Assembly (NCBI GenBank): GCA_043720995.1
Contig: JAYSRO010000211.1
Location: 1 to 15,819, forward strand
DNA length: 15,819 nucleotides
Direction: 5' to 3'
DNA from: Candidatus Eiseniibacteriota bacterium
Lineage (GTDB): Bacteria > Eisenbacteria > RBG-16-71-46
Below, piece by piece: positions 14,897 to 15,819 of this stretch; position 1 is the stretch's first letter, and each line of letters begins with the position of its first letter. The notes beneath the pieces are model-generated. The model saw only the letters and a list, made by a program, of their open reading frames with translations. It searched no databases and was not told the origin of the DNA. Position numbers and translations under genes: made by a program.

Positions 14897-15817
14897 CTAC
14901 CGCTGCCCCGCCGCCTGCACGACTTCCGCCGGTGGATCGCCCTGGCGGAGGTTGATGCGCCCGCCGAACGACTGGAGGTCCACGCGCGCGCGCCCCTCGC
15001 CCAGCATGAAACTGAAGCTGCGGCCGGGGCGCATGATGCCGACACGCATGGGGAATTGTGACTGGAACCCGCCGTTGAAGGTCGACACCATCACCGTGGC
15101 GTCCGCGCTCTGTGGCAGCAGCACGTCCATGTTGCCGCCGTGCGTGGCCATGCGGTAGCGCCCGCCATCGACGATCCAGCCCGTGAACTGCATGTCGCCG
15201 GTCACGGTGGTCGCCTCGATCAGGCTCGAACGCACGCGGTCGAGCACGACGTTGCCGTTCACCGATTCGATCGTGAGATCGCCGGAGACGTCGTGCACGC
15301 CGATGTCCGACTCCATCGAGCTCAGCTGCATGCGCCCCTGAGCGCCGCGCACATCGACACCGCCGGTCATCGAGCTCAACCGGATCAACCCCAGCCCGCC
15401 GCGCAGCCTCACTCCACCGCGTACGGTCTCGGCCAGCACGTCGCTCTTCCAGCCATCGACATCCATGTCGCAGTGAAACCCTTCGAGGTCGAGCGACATC
15501 GTCGCCGGCGCCGTGATCTGGTAGCTCACCGGCAGCGGAGCCTCGCGGCCACGCGTGTGCACATCCACCCGCGCCGGCAGCTCGCGTCCGCGCGAGCGCA
15601 CGTCGATCGAGCTGCCCTCGCGCGTCACCACCACGCGCACTGGCCCCAGGTGCGTGGCCTGGATACGCAGCAGGTTCTTCTTCCCCGGGCGCACCACCAC
15701 GTTGCCGGAGAAGTTGTGCAGCGCGAGCCGCGATCCTTCGGGAACCGAGAAGCTCGTGTCGGTCTGCACGGCCGGTGCGGTAGCCAACAACACCAGCGAG
15801 AATAGCGACGTCAACAT
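14897..15817 (-). CDS. Secreted DUF4097-like beta-helix repeat protein (putative adhesin / LiaF-like fold)
   Basis: 306 aa with a signal peptide MLTSLFSLVLLATAPAVQT. Short G/V/D-rich beta-repeats recur (GNVVVRPG, GGVDVRG, SGDLTIESVNGNVVLDRV, GGNMDVLL) as in DUF4097 proteins. The ATG lies at the window edge, so the true start could be further upstream. Confidence 0.65.
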   Translation of the reverse strand: MLTSLFSLVLLATAPAVQTDTSFSVPEGSRLALHNFSGNVVVRPGKKNLLRIQATHLGPVRVVVTREGSSIDVRSRGRELPARVDVHTRGREAPLPVSYQITAPATMSLDLEGFHCDMDVDGWKSDVLAETVRGGVRLRGGLGLIRLSSMTGGVDVRGAQGRMQLSSMESDIGVHDVSGDLTIESVNGNVVLDRVRSSLIEATTVTGDMQFTGWIVDGGRYRMATHGGNMDVLLPQSADATVMVSTFNGGFQSQFPMRVGIMRPGRSFSFMLGEGRARVDLQSFGGRINLRQGDPPAEVVQAAGQR

Positions 15818-15819
15818 CA

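Noticed and set aside
1-15819. tRNA/rRNA genes, CRISPR arrays, transposase/integrase genes
   Set aside because: No T-arm/acceptor-like conserved boxes, no regularly spaced short repeats, and no ORF with a DDE/tyrosine-recombinase-like sequence were seen in any frame.

Overview
This is a GC-rich (about two-thirds G+C) bacterial chromosomal window. FG-GAP and sorting-domain features hint at Gemmatimonadota-like or another high-GC environmental lineage, which is weak inference. The first 5.1 kb is a tightly coupled respiratory complex I block: nuoD (3' end), nuoE, nuoF, nuoG and nuoI. There is no nuoH between G and I, and no membrane-arm genes follow. Then comes a convergent 844-aa secreted protein with seven FG-GAP/DxDxDG repeats, a fibronectin-III domain and a C-terminal sorting-type domain. 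Next is a two-gene cassette bounded by inverted-repeat-rich noncoding DNA: a 94-aa helical protein overlapping by 4 bp a minimal AbiEii/ANT(2'')-like nucleotidyltransferase. After that come a long flotillin/SPFH membrane protein with a GNRA-loop terminator and a convergent PA0069-family radical-SAM (SplB-like) gene with an 18-bp perfect palindrome in its promoter. The last block is a minus-strand cluster: uppS plus an unknown bitopic membrane protein, a strong intrinsic terminator, an HTH_34-type winged-helix regulator, a multi-TM membrane protein, and a secreted DUF4097-like beta-helix protein. I consider the most interesting signals to be (i) a 12-nt identical core (17-bp palindrome ACTTTGT-N3-AyAAAGT) present once across the uppS start codon and once upstream of the membrane-protein/regulator operon, and (ii) the small-protein/NTase cassette, a candidate toxin-antitoxin/abortive-infection or nucleotidylating-resistance module. 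No tRNA, rRNA, CRISPR or obvious transposase was seen.
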